From contig CM097885.1 of NCBI GenBank assembly GCA_044892525.1, positions 44,518,001-44,582,000 on the forward strand: a stretch of DNA of 64,000 bases, in the 5' to 3' direction. Source of the DNA: Schmidtea polychroa (lineage: Eukaryota). The notes beneath the pieces were generated by a model, which did not search any database, had not been told where the DNA came from, and saw only the letters and a list, made by a program, of their open reading frames with translations. Below are positions 27,606-41,180 of this stretch, piece after piece. The position numbers were made by a program, and so were the translations under genes. Each line of letters starts with the position of its first letter. Position 1 is the first letter of the stretch.

Positions 27606-28135
27606 GACCATCGAGACTTCCTCACTATAGTCAGAGAAATCCTGGCTTTTTAGTGTAAACCATCTTTTTGTATTGAAAATACAGGACCAAGGAGATCCAC
27701 CTTAATTTATTTTTTTTTAAAAATTTTAGCCCATAATTTACTGTAATTGAAAAATAAAGCCCATAATTTACCATGCTTTTTTATTGAAGACCACCTTTTT
27801 GTATTGAAAGTCCCAGGACCAAGGAGACACACCTTAATTTATTTAGAAAAATCCTTGCATTTTTAGCAATAATTGAATTTTGTATTGAAAATCCAAGGAC
27901 CAATGAGATCCCTTCAATATAGTCTGAGAAATCCTTGGCTTTATTAGCGTAGACCATTTTTGTATTGAAAATCTAAGGACCATTAAGACCCCTTCACTAT
28001 AGTCAGAAAAATCTTTGGGTTTTTAGCGAGGACCACCTTTTTCTATTGAAATTCTCAGGTTCCATCGAGAGCTCCTCCTATAGTCAGAAAAAAAATTTTC
28101 TATAGGAATTATTTTTATCTATTGAAAATCCCAGA
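27606..28135. repeat. Degenerate ~80-90 bp tandem repeat (gacca..gaga..ctatagtcagaaaaatc..ttttgtattgaaaat)
   Basis: Roughly six recognisable units. Confidence 0.7.
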
Positions 28136-28149
28136 AAAAATATGAGGAG

Positions 28150-28495
28150 CTTACTGCAACAATTTTGTAACAAAAAGCAGTTGTATTTGTTGCAGGGAGC
28201 TACTAACTACCTACTCAATTCATCGAGAAAATGAAGCTATTCCAATATGAAATGATCCACCGAGTTATGGACAACGTCTTCAACAGTGTGTGGACAATAA
28301 TAGCGAACATTTGACTGATGTTATTTTTTAAAGAAAATGAAATGAAATGACATCATATATATATTTGGGAAATAAAAATACTTTTTTTATTATTCAAACA
28401 ACATAATATAAAATGGCATCATATGTAAGGTTGATATTTTTTTTATTTATTTATTTTAATTTCAAATGTGTCAGATCTTTATGCTCCACCCTGTG
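28150..28495 (+). mobile_element. Mariner/Tc1 C-terminal transposase remnant and right TIR
   Basis: RLQQCVDNNSEHL-like tail; ends gtgtcagatctttatgctccaccctg. Confidence 0.6.
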
Positions 28496-30764
28496 CAATT
28501 TTTGCTTAAAGGATGAATAAAAATTTAAATCTTAATTATCTAATCAGTATTTTTATTTTTCAATAAAAATATATATATTTTACAAGTTTCTGCAACAGTG
28601 TATTTGAATTAAAAAAAAACAAAAAATTATATATTTCAAATTAAAACAATTAAATCAATATAATGAACTAATTTGTTTTCTATTTATTTTCTGCTAACAA
28701 TAAATCGATAAATATAATTTTATTCTAACACAAACCTATTGATCAAGTATCTTCTGAAAAAAACGTAACATTTGAAAATATGCTATTGGCGCTAAAGGAT
28801 ATCAAAGATTATAGTAATAATAAATTATTGTCGAATTAAATATGAATTCAGTCACAGTTAAATAAGGATAAATTATTAAACAATAATAAACAATGAACCA
28901 ATTAATGACTAATCTTAAATTACATTTTAAATCATCTTGTTGTAATGGGGAAAATATTGGAAATCCTTAAACACTCCAAAGGCTTTGGTGGAGTCAAAAA
29001 CCTAAAAACAGTAGTTTCGAACTCTGGAATGTTGCATCTAACTGATTTTTCACACAAAAATGTGGTTTTTCAATTTTCAGTCAACATAATTCCACTCAAG
29101 CAACGTTTGCACTACGTGGACCTTATTATAAAAAATAAGTTGTAATAAACAGTATTAAACAAAACTATTCAAATTAATTTAATGAAATTAAATCCTATTT
29201 TGCAAAATTTCAACATTCATTCATTATCAATTGTTAAATAATATTTATATCAATTAAAAAATTATTTTATTTTAAAATATTAAATATATTTATTTATTTA
29301 TTTTGACCATTCTTATTTTTCTAAAATTTTAGTATATTTTTAATTTACGACATTTATTTTAAGTAAAATTTATATTTCAATTTTTAAATTTACTAATTAA
29401 TTTATAATTTTTAAATAACTCATATGTTATTTAAAATTTTTCAGTTTTTAGGTGACATATATAAACTGCCTCATAATTATTTTCTGTAAAACAAGTATTC
29501 AATTACAATAAATAGTAGAATAAATTAAAAATTAAACTTATTTTTTAAACATTTATTTGTTTGGGAAAATTGAAATAATAAATTTAAAGTTAACTTTTAA
29601 TTGCCCGTTAAAAGTTATAGGGAAAAATTTATTGTTTCTGAATTGAAAAAATGAGCGGGAAATTTACTATCAAATAAATCTTGCTTTTGAACTTTGTTTC
29701 AGATGATTCCGATGGGTTCCGATTAATATGAATTTAATCTTCAGTTTTAATGGCGCATCGTTCTATAATATCGTTCATTAAAATGACTACTATAATATAT
29801 ATTAATTTATTAAATTTTAATTAAATTTATTTTATAAAAGTAATATATTTTCAATTACTCTTAATTTTCAATTATTAATTAACAATAAAAGTTTATTAGC
29901 TGCTTGATAACCAACAATTAATACCATTTTTAATAGTTACTAAAATCTTTATGATTTGTAAAATATTCCGTTAAATGTTATATCTCATTAAGGTATACAT
30001 AATTGGACTTCGAATAATAAGATAAGAAAGTATAAAACCATGGACTATAAAACAATTAAGATTTAATTTAATGTATTTTTTATTACATAAGGGATGCGTT
30101 CAATAAGTACCCGGACTAGGCGATAATAAGAATAACTTTGTAGAATAAATTTGTAGACTTTCTCAGTGAAATCCGTACAGATTATATAACTTTGATTTAA
30201 AAAATTGTCAATATAAATGATTTTCGATGTTATGTTCCAGATTTTATCTTCCTGGAATTCTTTTTCCCAAGGAATTTTCATTCGATGGACTCACGCTTTG
30301 TCTCTTACTCCAGATTAATTCAGAATGAAACGTACACCATCTGAGTAGTTAATTGTGTGTTATCTGGCATAGATTTTTGCATTCTAACTTTACTACTTAC
30401 TAAATAATAGTAATCAATAAATATTCCATTTCTAAGTAAAATGGGATTTTCAACAATATGTCAATGTTAATTACTTTATTTAATTATTTAATTTATTACA
30501 TTTTAGTAATTAATAAAATTACTATTTAAACTTAAGGGTCAAAAGGATGAGTAAGGATCAATATTTAAGAGTAAGGCTGATTAAGGATGAGTTAAGAGTT
30601 AAAATGGTAAGGTTAACATTTAGAAGATAGATAAATTTAAAGCCGTTTAATGATTGAAAAGTATGTTTCAATAATTTTTAAAGGTTGGTTTTAGGATTGA
30701 TTGCAGATGGTCCCCGGTTTAATTTCAAATTACAATGAGCCATATTCAAATATAATTTCACAAC

Positions 30765-31102
30765 ATGACCCCATCGAATTTTCTCCTCGTCATCAATTGC
30801 TAACGACATAGCATACAATATATACAATCCACGTAAATATTCATTAAGCACAATAAACGAAAAGGCGAGATAAGAAAGGAAAAGCCACTCTTCTGCAAAA
30901 AATTTGGAAAAGAGCTATTTGAAACGTCAGGTGAAAGAACAATTTTTGATGCTGTAATGACTGTGAAACCAACTTCTACTCATAGCGAATGTATATTTTC
31001 CACAGCTGGAAATTTCGCTACAAACATTCAATCACGACTTAGTGACTCTAAGCTTAACGCTTTGATTTTCCTCAAAATTTATTTTAATTTAGAAAATGAA
31101 TA
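30765..31102 (+). pseudogene. hAT transposase C-terminal dimerisation fragment
   Basis: TVKPTSTHSECIFSTAG...SRLSDSKLNALIFLK. Confidence 0.75.
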
Positions 31103-31726
31103 AACTTTCCCTAAATATTGAAGACTGATGAAAAATTATTTGAAATTCAAGACTTTGTTTTTGTTATAATTAACAGTATTTTGTTTATTTTATAATTTTA
31201 GTATGAATTGTTAGGTTTATGTTATTTTTCTTAGGCTTTTTTTCGAAATTTAAATTAATAAAAAAATCTCCCAACAAAAAAATGTATTTTATTTTCATTT
31301 AAAAAAAATATAAAACCGTCAAAAATCCATGTAAGAATGCAAAGTCGAACATTAAAATTTATTCTTAAAATATCTGCAAGTTCAATCGAATATCCAACTT
31401 TAATTTTGACGACTTTTGGTATTTACTGAAACATTGCTGAATTTTTATAAATTACTTCCACATCAATAAAATTCATTTATTACAATTTTCTCGTTAATTT
31501 TTATAAAATTAAAAATCATAGACATTGATAAATTTTGGAATTTTAGACATTTCAGTTCATAGGATAAATTATTATTTAGGGAATGTGGAACTCTCCCTTC
31601 CCATTTTCTATTATTTATTTTATGATTAATGCCAGATCAGAAGGTGAGTGTCAATTTTAGAATTTACTCAATAAAAACATTAAATTCAATTATAATAAAA
31701 ATATTTTTTTTGAATTTATTTCTATT

Positions 31727-32150
<424 letters not shown>

Positions 32151-32158
32151 TACTAATA

Positions 32159-35100
32159 CCTCTTCCTCTTTACATAGGGTTTATTATTTATCTCGCTATG
32201 TTCCAAATTATCTCGCACGCTGGTTACGCCAGGCTGCAGGCGGCGAGGTAATTTTGCCATGAAGTCTTCATATTCATATTTTTATTTATTTGAGGAGCTC
32301 CCCATAGGGTTCTTACTACAAACTTACTGGTATTGAAATTTTTATTATACTATATAATATAATATTATTAAATTTTCCAATTATATTTATGACTTAATTA
32401 ATTTTTTTGTTGCCTTTGCTATTTTATTATTTATTTGATTTTTTTTATAAAGATTTTTTTCGTTCCCTATTCTCGTCCGATTTGAATTTTTAAGTTTTCT
32501 TTAGTCGCATTGATTTTTTTCCATTTGATTCTGCTTTTCTCGTTTTCCTCTGTTAAAATTTTGTTAAGTCATCTGAAAACAACCATACTCCTATATCTCA
32601 ATCCTCCCATCAGCAATGTAACCACTCAACCCGTTTATTCACAGGAAAGATAACACAAATAGTCACATTACAAAATTATTATTAGTCATTTTGAGCATAA
32701 TCATAAAAGGTATAAAAGAAAGGAATACTCTTCAATATCAATATCATGCAATGAAATCATATCTTACTACGCCCATGTCTCTAACCACATTGATCTCCGC
32801 GGATCCGAATACGATATTTTAACACAATTGCCAATAAATAGATTCTCTTTACAGTTTAATGATAGACTGTTGTTTTTTACACGTGAGAATGTCAATGATA
32901 ACTTTAACTTTTGATTAATAGTTATGTTCTCAAAGAATTTATTATTATGAAGATCAATATGTCTTTTTTCGATTAACACGATATGCCACCGGTCAGCGTT
33001 AGGTTTTCGCTTGCAATGGATAATTCTCGTCATAAATTCATTTGATGTTGCTTTCGGTTTTGAATTTTGAAGGCTACCCTTTGCTTGTTGTCGATGTCCG
33101 TCCAACACTACCTGAATTTTATCATTTATAAAAACATTTACCCTTTTCCCGACCTTTGCCTTGTACGATACAATTATTTCCTTATAAATCTGCATTTGAA
33201 CACGATTTGTTTTACTATTAAGGTATTTTGTTTCAGCTTTAGATTCTAATTTTGACCATTGATTGTTCGTACAGGTATCATAACCATGAAAAGATTTCTG
33301 TAGATTCCTATTTTTGACAAAAGATTTTCCGTTACTCAATATCTCAATTACATGGTTTTTGAAAATTATTTTGATTTTCTGCTGTTCCTTGGCTGTCCAA
33401 TACATATAAATTTTCTTCATCATCGTTTCGATTACGGCAACATTCCTCCACACTTTTGTCCAAAGATTAATATGTATGAAATTATACAATTTTTGAATTG
33501 TCTTTAATTTTGTCGCCAATTGCCAATCCACCATAGAATAAACTTTCCCAATCTTTGTTTGAGTGTAATCATACACAATTAACGAAGAGGTTTGAGTTAT
33601 AATAACACATAATATTAAGATCATAGACATTAAAAACGGAAATTTTACGGGTTTTCTTTTTAATGCCCCATCAAAGTTTTCTCTTATTTTTACAACTGGT
33701 TCAAATTTTTGTTTAATCAAGTTATTCCAACCTCCATTGTCTTTTATCCATGCGCCAACATGTTTATGTAAAATTCTACTCGCCGTTTTAATTATTTCCT
33801 CTTGTTTTTCCATATCTGAGCAATCATATGTTCCGATTTCTAACAAAATATAACTCATAATTGTTAATACCATATCTCTATCAATTTCTCTTGTCATCAT
33901 CTCAGTTATCACACTGTCTTCGCAAAATTCCATATTTTCTTTTACTTGTTTCAACGCTACACAAAATCTATTTTTAATTTTCTTTGCAATTTTTCTCACG
34001 TATTTCTCTACGTGTAATTTCTCTGTTGGTTCACCATATAATTCATTTACTAGAGCACGTACAATTTTCTCAGTTCCCTTTGAGTCTTTCTGATCTCTTT
34101 CCTCTTGAAATCTTTGTATTATTTTACATCTCATTTCATACAAATTTCTACATTGTTTTTCTATAATTTAATTGTCTATCGTCATTTCTGTCATATATGC
34201 CTCATTTTTAAATTCAGTTTTTATCTCATTTTCAACAATAATCTCCTCAGCTTCATTTTCTATTTCATCTTTTCAGTCTTCATCTCATTTTTAACAATAA
34301 TCTCTCCAGTTTCATTTTCTATTTCATCTCTTCTCATTTCTTGTTCATCGGGTATCTCATCATCATTACTCATTATCTCATTTTTCCAATTTGGTAATTT
34401 CATTTTAAAGCTTTCTTCTACTTCCTTTAATTCAAAATGTTTCATCGCAACTAAATCATTAATAAACGTTTCCTGATTCCTCAAAGATCCATTTTCATCA
34501 AATTTTCGTAGTACGCAGCCACAATCAAATAAATACTCATCATCATCTAACTCAAAACCTTGGTATGTCAATACAATTATTCCATCATTGCCCATAATTT
34601 CTGCTGCTCTTCATCGTATTTTATTCACTTTCGTACACCAATGCTCATTGGTACATTCCACTTCTTGATCATTTATTTTTAACATTATTACGAATGGCTC
34701 AATATAAACTCCCTTTTCTCTAAATGCCTGCCCAAATTTTCGAATAAGTGTTTTTATCATTTCACTATATTTATTATCACAATTCACATAGAATCTGACA
34801 CAATTTAAAATTTGTAATTTATCTTCCACTTCAACTTCTAAATTCAAAATATCATTTAATTTATCAATAATATCACCTGTATCTCCCTTGATCAATGCTC
34901 CATTTAATTCAAATTTAATTTAATCGACATCATATTTGATTGGTTTTTCATTGGCAATCATACTCATTATTTGTATCTCATTTTCAACACCCGGGATCAA
35001 TCCACAATCTATTAAAAATTCGTCGTCTTCCAACACTCGGCCCATAAATCTAAGTTCTACTGCCCAAACTTCACATTTGTGCATTATTTCTCTTTTAAGC

Positions 35101-37291
35101 TCGCGTATTTTCCCGTATGCTTCAACTTGATACTTGGATTTGTTGCCGTCTGATTCATTTGTTTTAATAAATATCGGGTCCAACCATTTGAATTTTCGTA
35201 GAGTTTGGCCAAATTCTTTCATATACTCTTCAAATACATCTCGCTTTTCCACACTTGCTGCATAACATTCCGTACAAAGTTTAATAACAGTTTTAATTTT
35301 TGTTAAACTCAACGGTATTTCCATTAGCTTCATTAAAACTTCTGTCAATTTCCGAGAGTTTGCGTCAGGTTCTGTTACTAATTTTCTGGCCTTAGCGATA
35401 AGTATTGTACTCTTTTCACTTTGCTTCATCTTTGATTCATCTGTCTTCAATTTTCGTCTTGTCATCATATGAGAATCTGTTTCTTCATCTGATTCAAATT
35501 TCGCCATCGATTTATTCAATTTTTGATTCAATTGTTTGACATAGTTCTCAATTTTCTCTCTAAACTTATCTTTCTGCACATAAGCAACATTATTCTTTGA
35601 TTGGTTTTCATCCTGAAATCTAATTGTTCGTTTCAAAATTGGTCTTTGAAATTTATCTGAATTCCTGGGACAAGATCTTGCAATATGCCCGTAATTTCTG
35701 CATAAATGACATTGAATTTGCCCATTTAAATTCACATTATCTCCTTGTGGTGATGGTGACATTGATGGTGATCTTGATCTTGAAAAACAATTTCTAGAAA
35801 CATGTTCTTTCCTACCACAGCGATAACATTGTACTTCATTAAAATTTGACTTCACATTAAGAATTGCTCTCCGAAAATTTGTTCCTCTATTATCTCTTTG
35901 CCAATCTGGACTGAATCCCCTGGGTACTCTTTCAGAATTATTTTTAAACTAACACTGATTTGTATAATGGCCAGTTATCTTACAAATATCACACTGAATA
36001 ACTTTTGCTCTCTCAGTGCCTGGTGAATTTTGGCTTGCTCTGTTCATATTATTATCGTTTCTCCATTTGGGTGATGGAGTCTTTGATCGTTGAAATCTAT
36101 TTCCTGATTCCCAATTGTCTTGGGTTGAGGTTATTGATCTCTCTCTTTGTAATAGAATTATCACAAATACCTCAGATTTATTTTTAGAGCTCTTTAGATT
36201 CAATTCGATTTTCATTGCCTTTTAAAATAGTTCATCGAAATTGTCATACTCTACAAAACATAATGCCGTTTTTATCTCTTTATTTACTCCTGACAAAAAT
36301 TGATCTTGAATCAGTTCCTGCATCTGTTGGGCTAATCCTGGTTGTTTCGAATCTTCTTCAAAGGATTTGCTGGCAAGGGTCGATAAATGATATGCAAATT
36401 CGCTCACTGTTTCATGTGGATTTTGAACTCTATTATAAAATTTCTGACGCATTAATCTCTTTATATCTCCTCCAATAAGTTTAGAACCCAATGCATATTT
36501 TAATTTGGCCCAATCATTACTGATTGGTTTCTAAACTGGGATTTTGAGCTGGTTGTTTTCTTTGACTTTCTTCACAACTTTATTCGAATAATCAAACAAC
36601 TTCTTTTCGTTTTATTTTTCAACTAATTCTTTTCTTCAAATATTCTCCAATAATTATTCTCCACAATTATTTCCTTTACAATTACTTTGACAATCGTTTG
36701 TCCAACAACCTTTCCTCCAACGTCTAATTTTCTCCAATAATTTTATCTCTCAAATCGTCTTCCAAATTGTTTTCAATTTCGCGTCACTTTCTCTAATTTT
36801 CTTCTCTCTTTTGTTCTTATTTCATGTTCACCAGTTTTCCCTTATATAGTTCGCTTCTCTTGTGGCACTCCAGATAATCAAGTGTTTTTCCATTTTCCTT
36901 CTCCTGCTTTTCCCGACTGTCCCCTTTTTATCTCTAACAGCTATCAAGTTGTTTTCCCTTTTTGTTTGACCGCCTTCTCCCATCAATTCTATTATCACTG
37001 GCAAGCTGTCGAGATAAGGATATTGTTGTTTTCCTTTTTCCCCGATTTCAAAATTCCTTTTCCTTTTTGTACTAATTAATTAGTACTGACCTTGGTTTTC
37101 ATTTTCCTGTTTGATTCCTTTTATTTCCTTTATCTTTCTCATTTTTAATTTCTTTTCACTTCCGTTTTCTTTTCTGAGTTCCAACAGATCGTTCCGTTTG
37201 TCATGGCGATATTTTATTTATTTCTTTATAAATTGTTATTTAGGTATCCTCAACAGATGTAATAAAGATTGCACCCCACGAGGAGCGGCCA
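32159..37291 (-). mobile_element. pol-less gypsy-type retroelement: gag (3x CCHC), two ubiquitin-like modules, Bcl-2-like domain, env-like glycoprotein
   Basis: tRNA-Lys-like PBS 37274-37291; PPT aaagaggaagagg 32159-32171; gag capsid KFYNRVQNPHETVSEFAYHL; ORFs 36491/36215/35855/34895/34595 share one frame broken by stops; ORF 34143-32767 follows in another frame. Confidence 0.8.
33715..34071 (-). CDS. Bcl-2-like domain within ORF 32767-34143
   Basis: BH3-like YVRKIAKKIKNRF; BH1-position VITEMMTREIDRDMVLTIMSY; alpha6-BH2 IIKTASRILHKHVGAWIKDNGGWNNL; then a hydrophobic segment. Confidence 0.75.
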
Positions 37292-38659
37292 TAATTATAC
37301 CATAATTATTTAATAGACAATTTTAAGCATTTGAGGCATTCTAACCATTAAGTTGATAGTAACTATTATGGTATACTTATTTTGATAATAAACACATTTA
37401 TAAATATTAAAGCCAATTAAAATAATTGATTTATTTAAACAAAAATTTTGGTTAATATTTAAAAATATTCATTTCTACATTCATATTTTTTAAATCACGC
37501 GATGAACTTTATGTCACTCATTTTGAAATCAAAACTTTGTACAGTTTTAAGGTTTCAAGTTGAATTTATAGTAAATTACCATTTTAATCATATGAAAATG
37601 ATGATGACTTAAAAGTATAATTTGAAATAGTTATTACTAACTGCACTTTTAATTAAAAGTTACTGATGAGACGTAAATTGATTTATAAAAGCTACTGTTT
37701 AGATGATGGAAAGTATTTCAAACATTTAGAATTAATTTTATTCAATTTCTAAAATTTCAATTTAATTATAAAAATTGCATGTGCAATTTAAATAGAAAAA
37801 TTAAAAATAATAATCAAAAATTTAATAATTAAATAATAAAAATTACATATCATCTAAAATATTCCAATCAGAAATGAGGATAATCAAATAAATAAAATGA
37901 CAAAACGTGATGTTTATTTTTTAACGTTTTTTTAAAGTTTTTTGAGTGACCAGGATTAAGAACCGACAATTTTCTTTAATAAATCTTACGACAATGTTTT
38001 ACAATTATTTCTTATTTTCTATGTTTCATTTACAAAATTTTGCCACCGAGTAACCTTGAATTAAGCAAAATTATTTTGGGATTTTCAAAATGAAAATAAA
38101 ATTACCAAATAATAAAAATAAACAAAATTTAAATATAATTGTAGTTAAAATATATAGAATGAAATAATTGATTAAAATATTTTTAAAATTTGTGAGTTAA
38201 TGAAAACAATTGACATTATTAATAAAATTAAATAAATCACAGAATTTTTTAAGTATATGAGTAATCTAATATTTAAATTATCTAATTAATAATTATTGTA
38301 AATGATTGAGTTTGAATTGAGTTTAAAATTTTTCAAAATATATTGATGAAACATCATCTTCTATTTTCGTTAATAAATTTACGAAATCACTTCCAAGAAA
38401 CTTGGTTTCTTTAATGCTCTTCTTATCAGGTCTCCAAAATTGGTAATTTTTAATCTGATTCTGTTACTTGTTCCAGATTTTTCAGAATTAGATTTTAGAT
38501 CAAATACTTCACATAAAAAATTAACTAGACATATAAAAAGAACAAAATTAAAGATATAAAATTTATTTAATAATATTCTTCATCATCATAAGAGAAAATG
38601 ACATCATCTATGTCTATAAGTTCAGCATTTTCTCCATCATTTTCTCCATCATTTTTTGG

Positions 38660-39624
38660 TTTAATCTTACATGTCCATATGCAAAACTAGTTTTTTTCCC
38701 ACCAAAACCCTTTTATCATCTGCGTTAGTAAGAACTATTTTTTTATTTTTTATTGTATATATTTGATGATTTTTTGATGTTATTTTTGTTTGTGGTATTG
38801 AAATTTTTTTTTGTAGTGTAACAATACAGGTATGACTGATGTATGACTTTCAATGTTACTCCTTTCGCTTGTTTGTTTCATCCTCGCCTAACAAGCTATA
38901 ACATTTAGGTCTAAGAAAAACCTACTCATTATATTTAAGACCTTTATTCTCGTTGAGTCTGTATCACCTGCAACAATATTAATTTTACAATTGAACTCAT
39001 TACGATATTTTTCTAAATCGATATATTGCAGTTCATACATTGTAAGTTTAGATAGATCAAGTACAGATTGTCCAATGTAACTTCGTCTATCTAAACATAT
39101 AAAATCAGGTTTTAAAAATGCAGCTATTAAATCATCATCAATTTTAATTGATTTTTTAAAAGTAGGTTTTGATGTATACGTGACTAATTTACTATATGTT
39201 GTGCAAAGACGAAGATTCATCCTTCTTTTTAAATTTTCAACAGTTTTACCATACAATAATTTAATAACTTTTTTCTAAGGTATTTTTACTTTTAGATCTT
39301 AATTCTGTATTTGTGCCAATATATTTTTTAAAAATAGATGAATGTTTAAACCTTACAGCCCTATTTATACGTGTAACTTTAACACCAAGAGCCAAGTATA
39401 ATTTTAATAACCTCCAATGAATCACATAATTTGATTTTGGATAATGCGTTAATAACAATTTTTCAACCTTTGACCCAACAGGTTTCATTTTTTCAGCAGC
39501 AACAGGGAAATCATCCAATTTATCATGAAGCTCAGAAGGAATTACAAGATCAATTTCAAGAGTGTATCCATAAGACAATGATTCGAGATTTAAGTCAACC
39601 ATTACCTTGTGGTGAATTTAGTTG
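38660..39624 (-). pseudogene. Polinton/Maverick protein-primed DNA polymerase B fragment
   Basis: YGYTLEIDL..P.ELHDKLDDFPVAAE, YGKTVEN, YIGQSVLDLSKL.MY, GDTDS, DDKR. Confidence 0.88.
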
Positions 39625-41180
39625 TGTTGGGCTGAACCGAAATAATTTTGAGCGGTTAATAGTTGTGGGCTGAATGGAGAAGCAGGAAAGAAAGAGTAAA
39701 TAAAATAATTGAATAGAGCAATAAATAGATTTAAATAATAAAAATAAGAAACTTAAATAAAACATGGAATATTAAGTAAAAACAGAAAGAAAACTAAAAA
39801 TAGGCCGCCATATAACAGAAATACGTGAAATTAAGTAAAAATATAAGAAAACAAATAAAATAATAAAATAACAAAATGAAACAAAACAATAGCAAAGAAA
39901 AACAATAAAAAAATAAAGAAATATAGAAAAATAACCAAAAAACAACCCAACTTAATTTTGATTGGTTAAAATTTAATATATAAAGTGGCAGTTAAGTCAG
40001 TTAAGCAACTACTTTAAAAAAATCTAATCTATAGGTAAAATATTTACGATTAATTTGAACTACTTCAAAAAAATCTAATCTACAGGGAGACCTAACCACG
40101 CAGCGCAAGTCAACGACAACAGAACAATCAACGAGAACTTACGAATCATATATTAGAAACATCGATTAAGGGACTATTGGAGATCGAACGATTAAGGAAA
40201 AGATATTTGATTAATCCATTCAGCTATTCAACTATTAACCGCTGAAAAGTAATGGTTTGATTTTCTTTTTTTTTATTTTATGCATCAATAATAATAACTA
40301 ATATTGTATATATGCTATAATAAAAATATGAATTTTTCAATACGGACTCATGTTTTTGCCTTCATGGAACCGGCAACGATGCCGTCTGGAAACCCCGAGT
40401 ATGATGGACTACGTAATTTTGCAGAATTTTCTATCCACAGTATGGATTTCGATTTATTAGCGACTTCAGATGGACATGATGGGAAAATACGAGTGTCAGA
40501 CTTAGAATGTCTATGAGGTATAATTGGAAAATTACCGTTGAACGGTTCAATACTGGAACTTCGTGAATGCTGCCTCATTCTCGGATTCCAAAGGACATGG
40601 TCGCCGGGAAAAATTTATTTTATTCAATTTATTAATTTCTTTTGATTAAATAAAGTAATCCACAGTATTTATATTTCATGAACAAAATTTTATTATTGTT
40701 TTGATAAATTCGAGTGCGGTAAATCTGTCGGTCAGGACGGTCTAGAGACGGTCGGTAGCAATACCGGCGGTGTTTAGGTGTGTTCTGGCAGGTAGATGAG
40801 CCAAATACAAAGTCAGGAAAACGAAAAAAATTGCTAAATTCCAGTGTTCACATCGAGTGGCAGAAAATCGTTAATTTTCGAGAGTATTCAATAAGCCATG
40901 AGGATCGTAAAGCTGACTGAATTCCAGTATTTTCCTTTGCTATAACATCCATACTTCAGTAAGAACGCGAAGAGATTTTCGTTTGAGACCATGTTTCTGA
41001 GAATCAGTATGCACCGGTACGTGGAGAAGTTTCTGTCATCTTTCCCTCGAACCAATAAATATCCAGTAGTCGATATCGATAATTCCAAGAACTAAATTAT
41101 CCGAATATCTTCCAGCATCTGACTAGGCATAATTCCAGTAAGAAATTCATATTCGACGTCATTGAAAATCCGAACTATAC

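Noticed and set aside
27606..28135. Repeat-spacer-like pattern
   Set aside because: The intervening parts are also homologous, so it is a degenerate tandem repeat.
30063..30360. Short minus-strand ORF in slightly GC-richer sequence
   Set aside because: No recognisable motif or splice context; cannot be supported.
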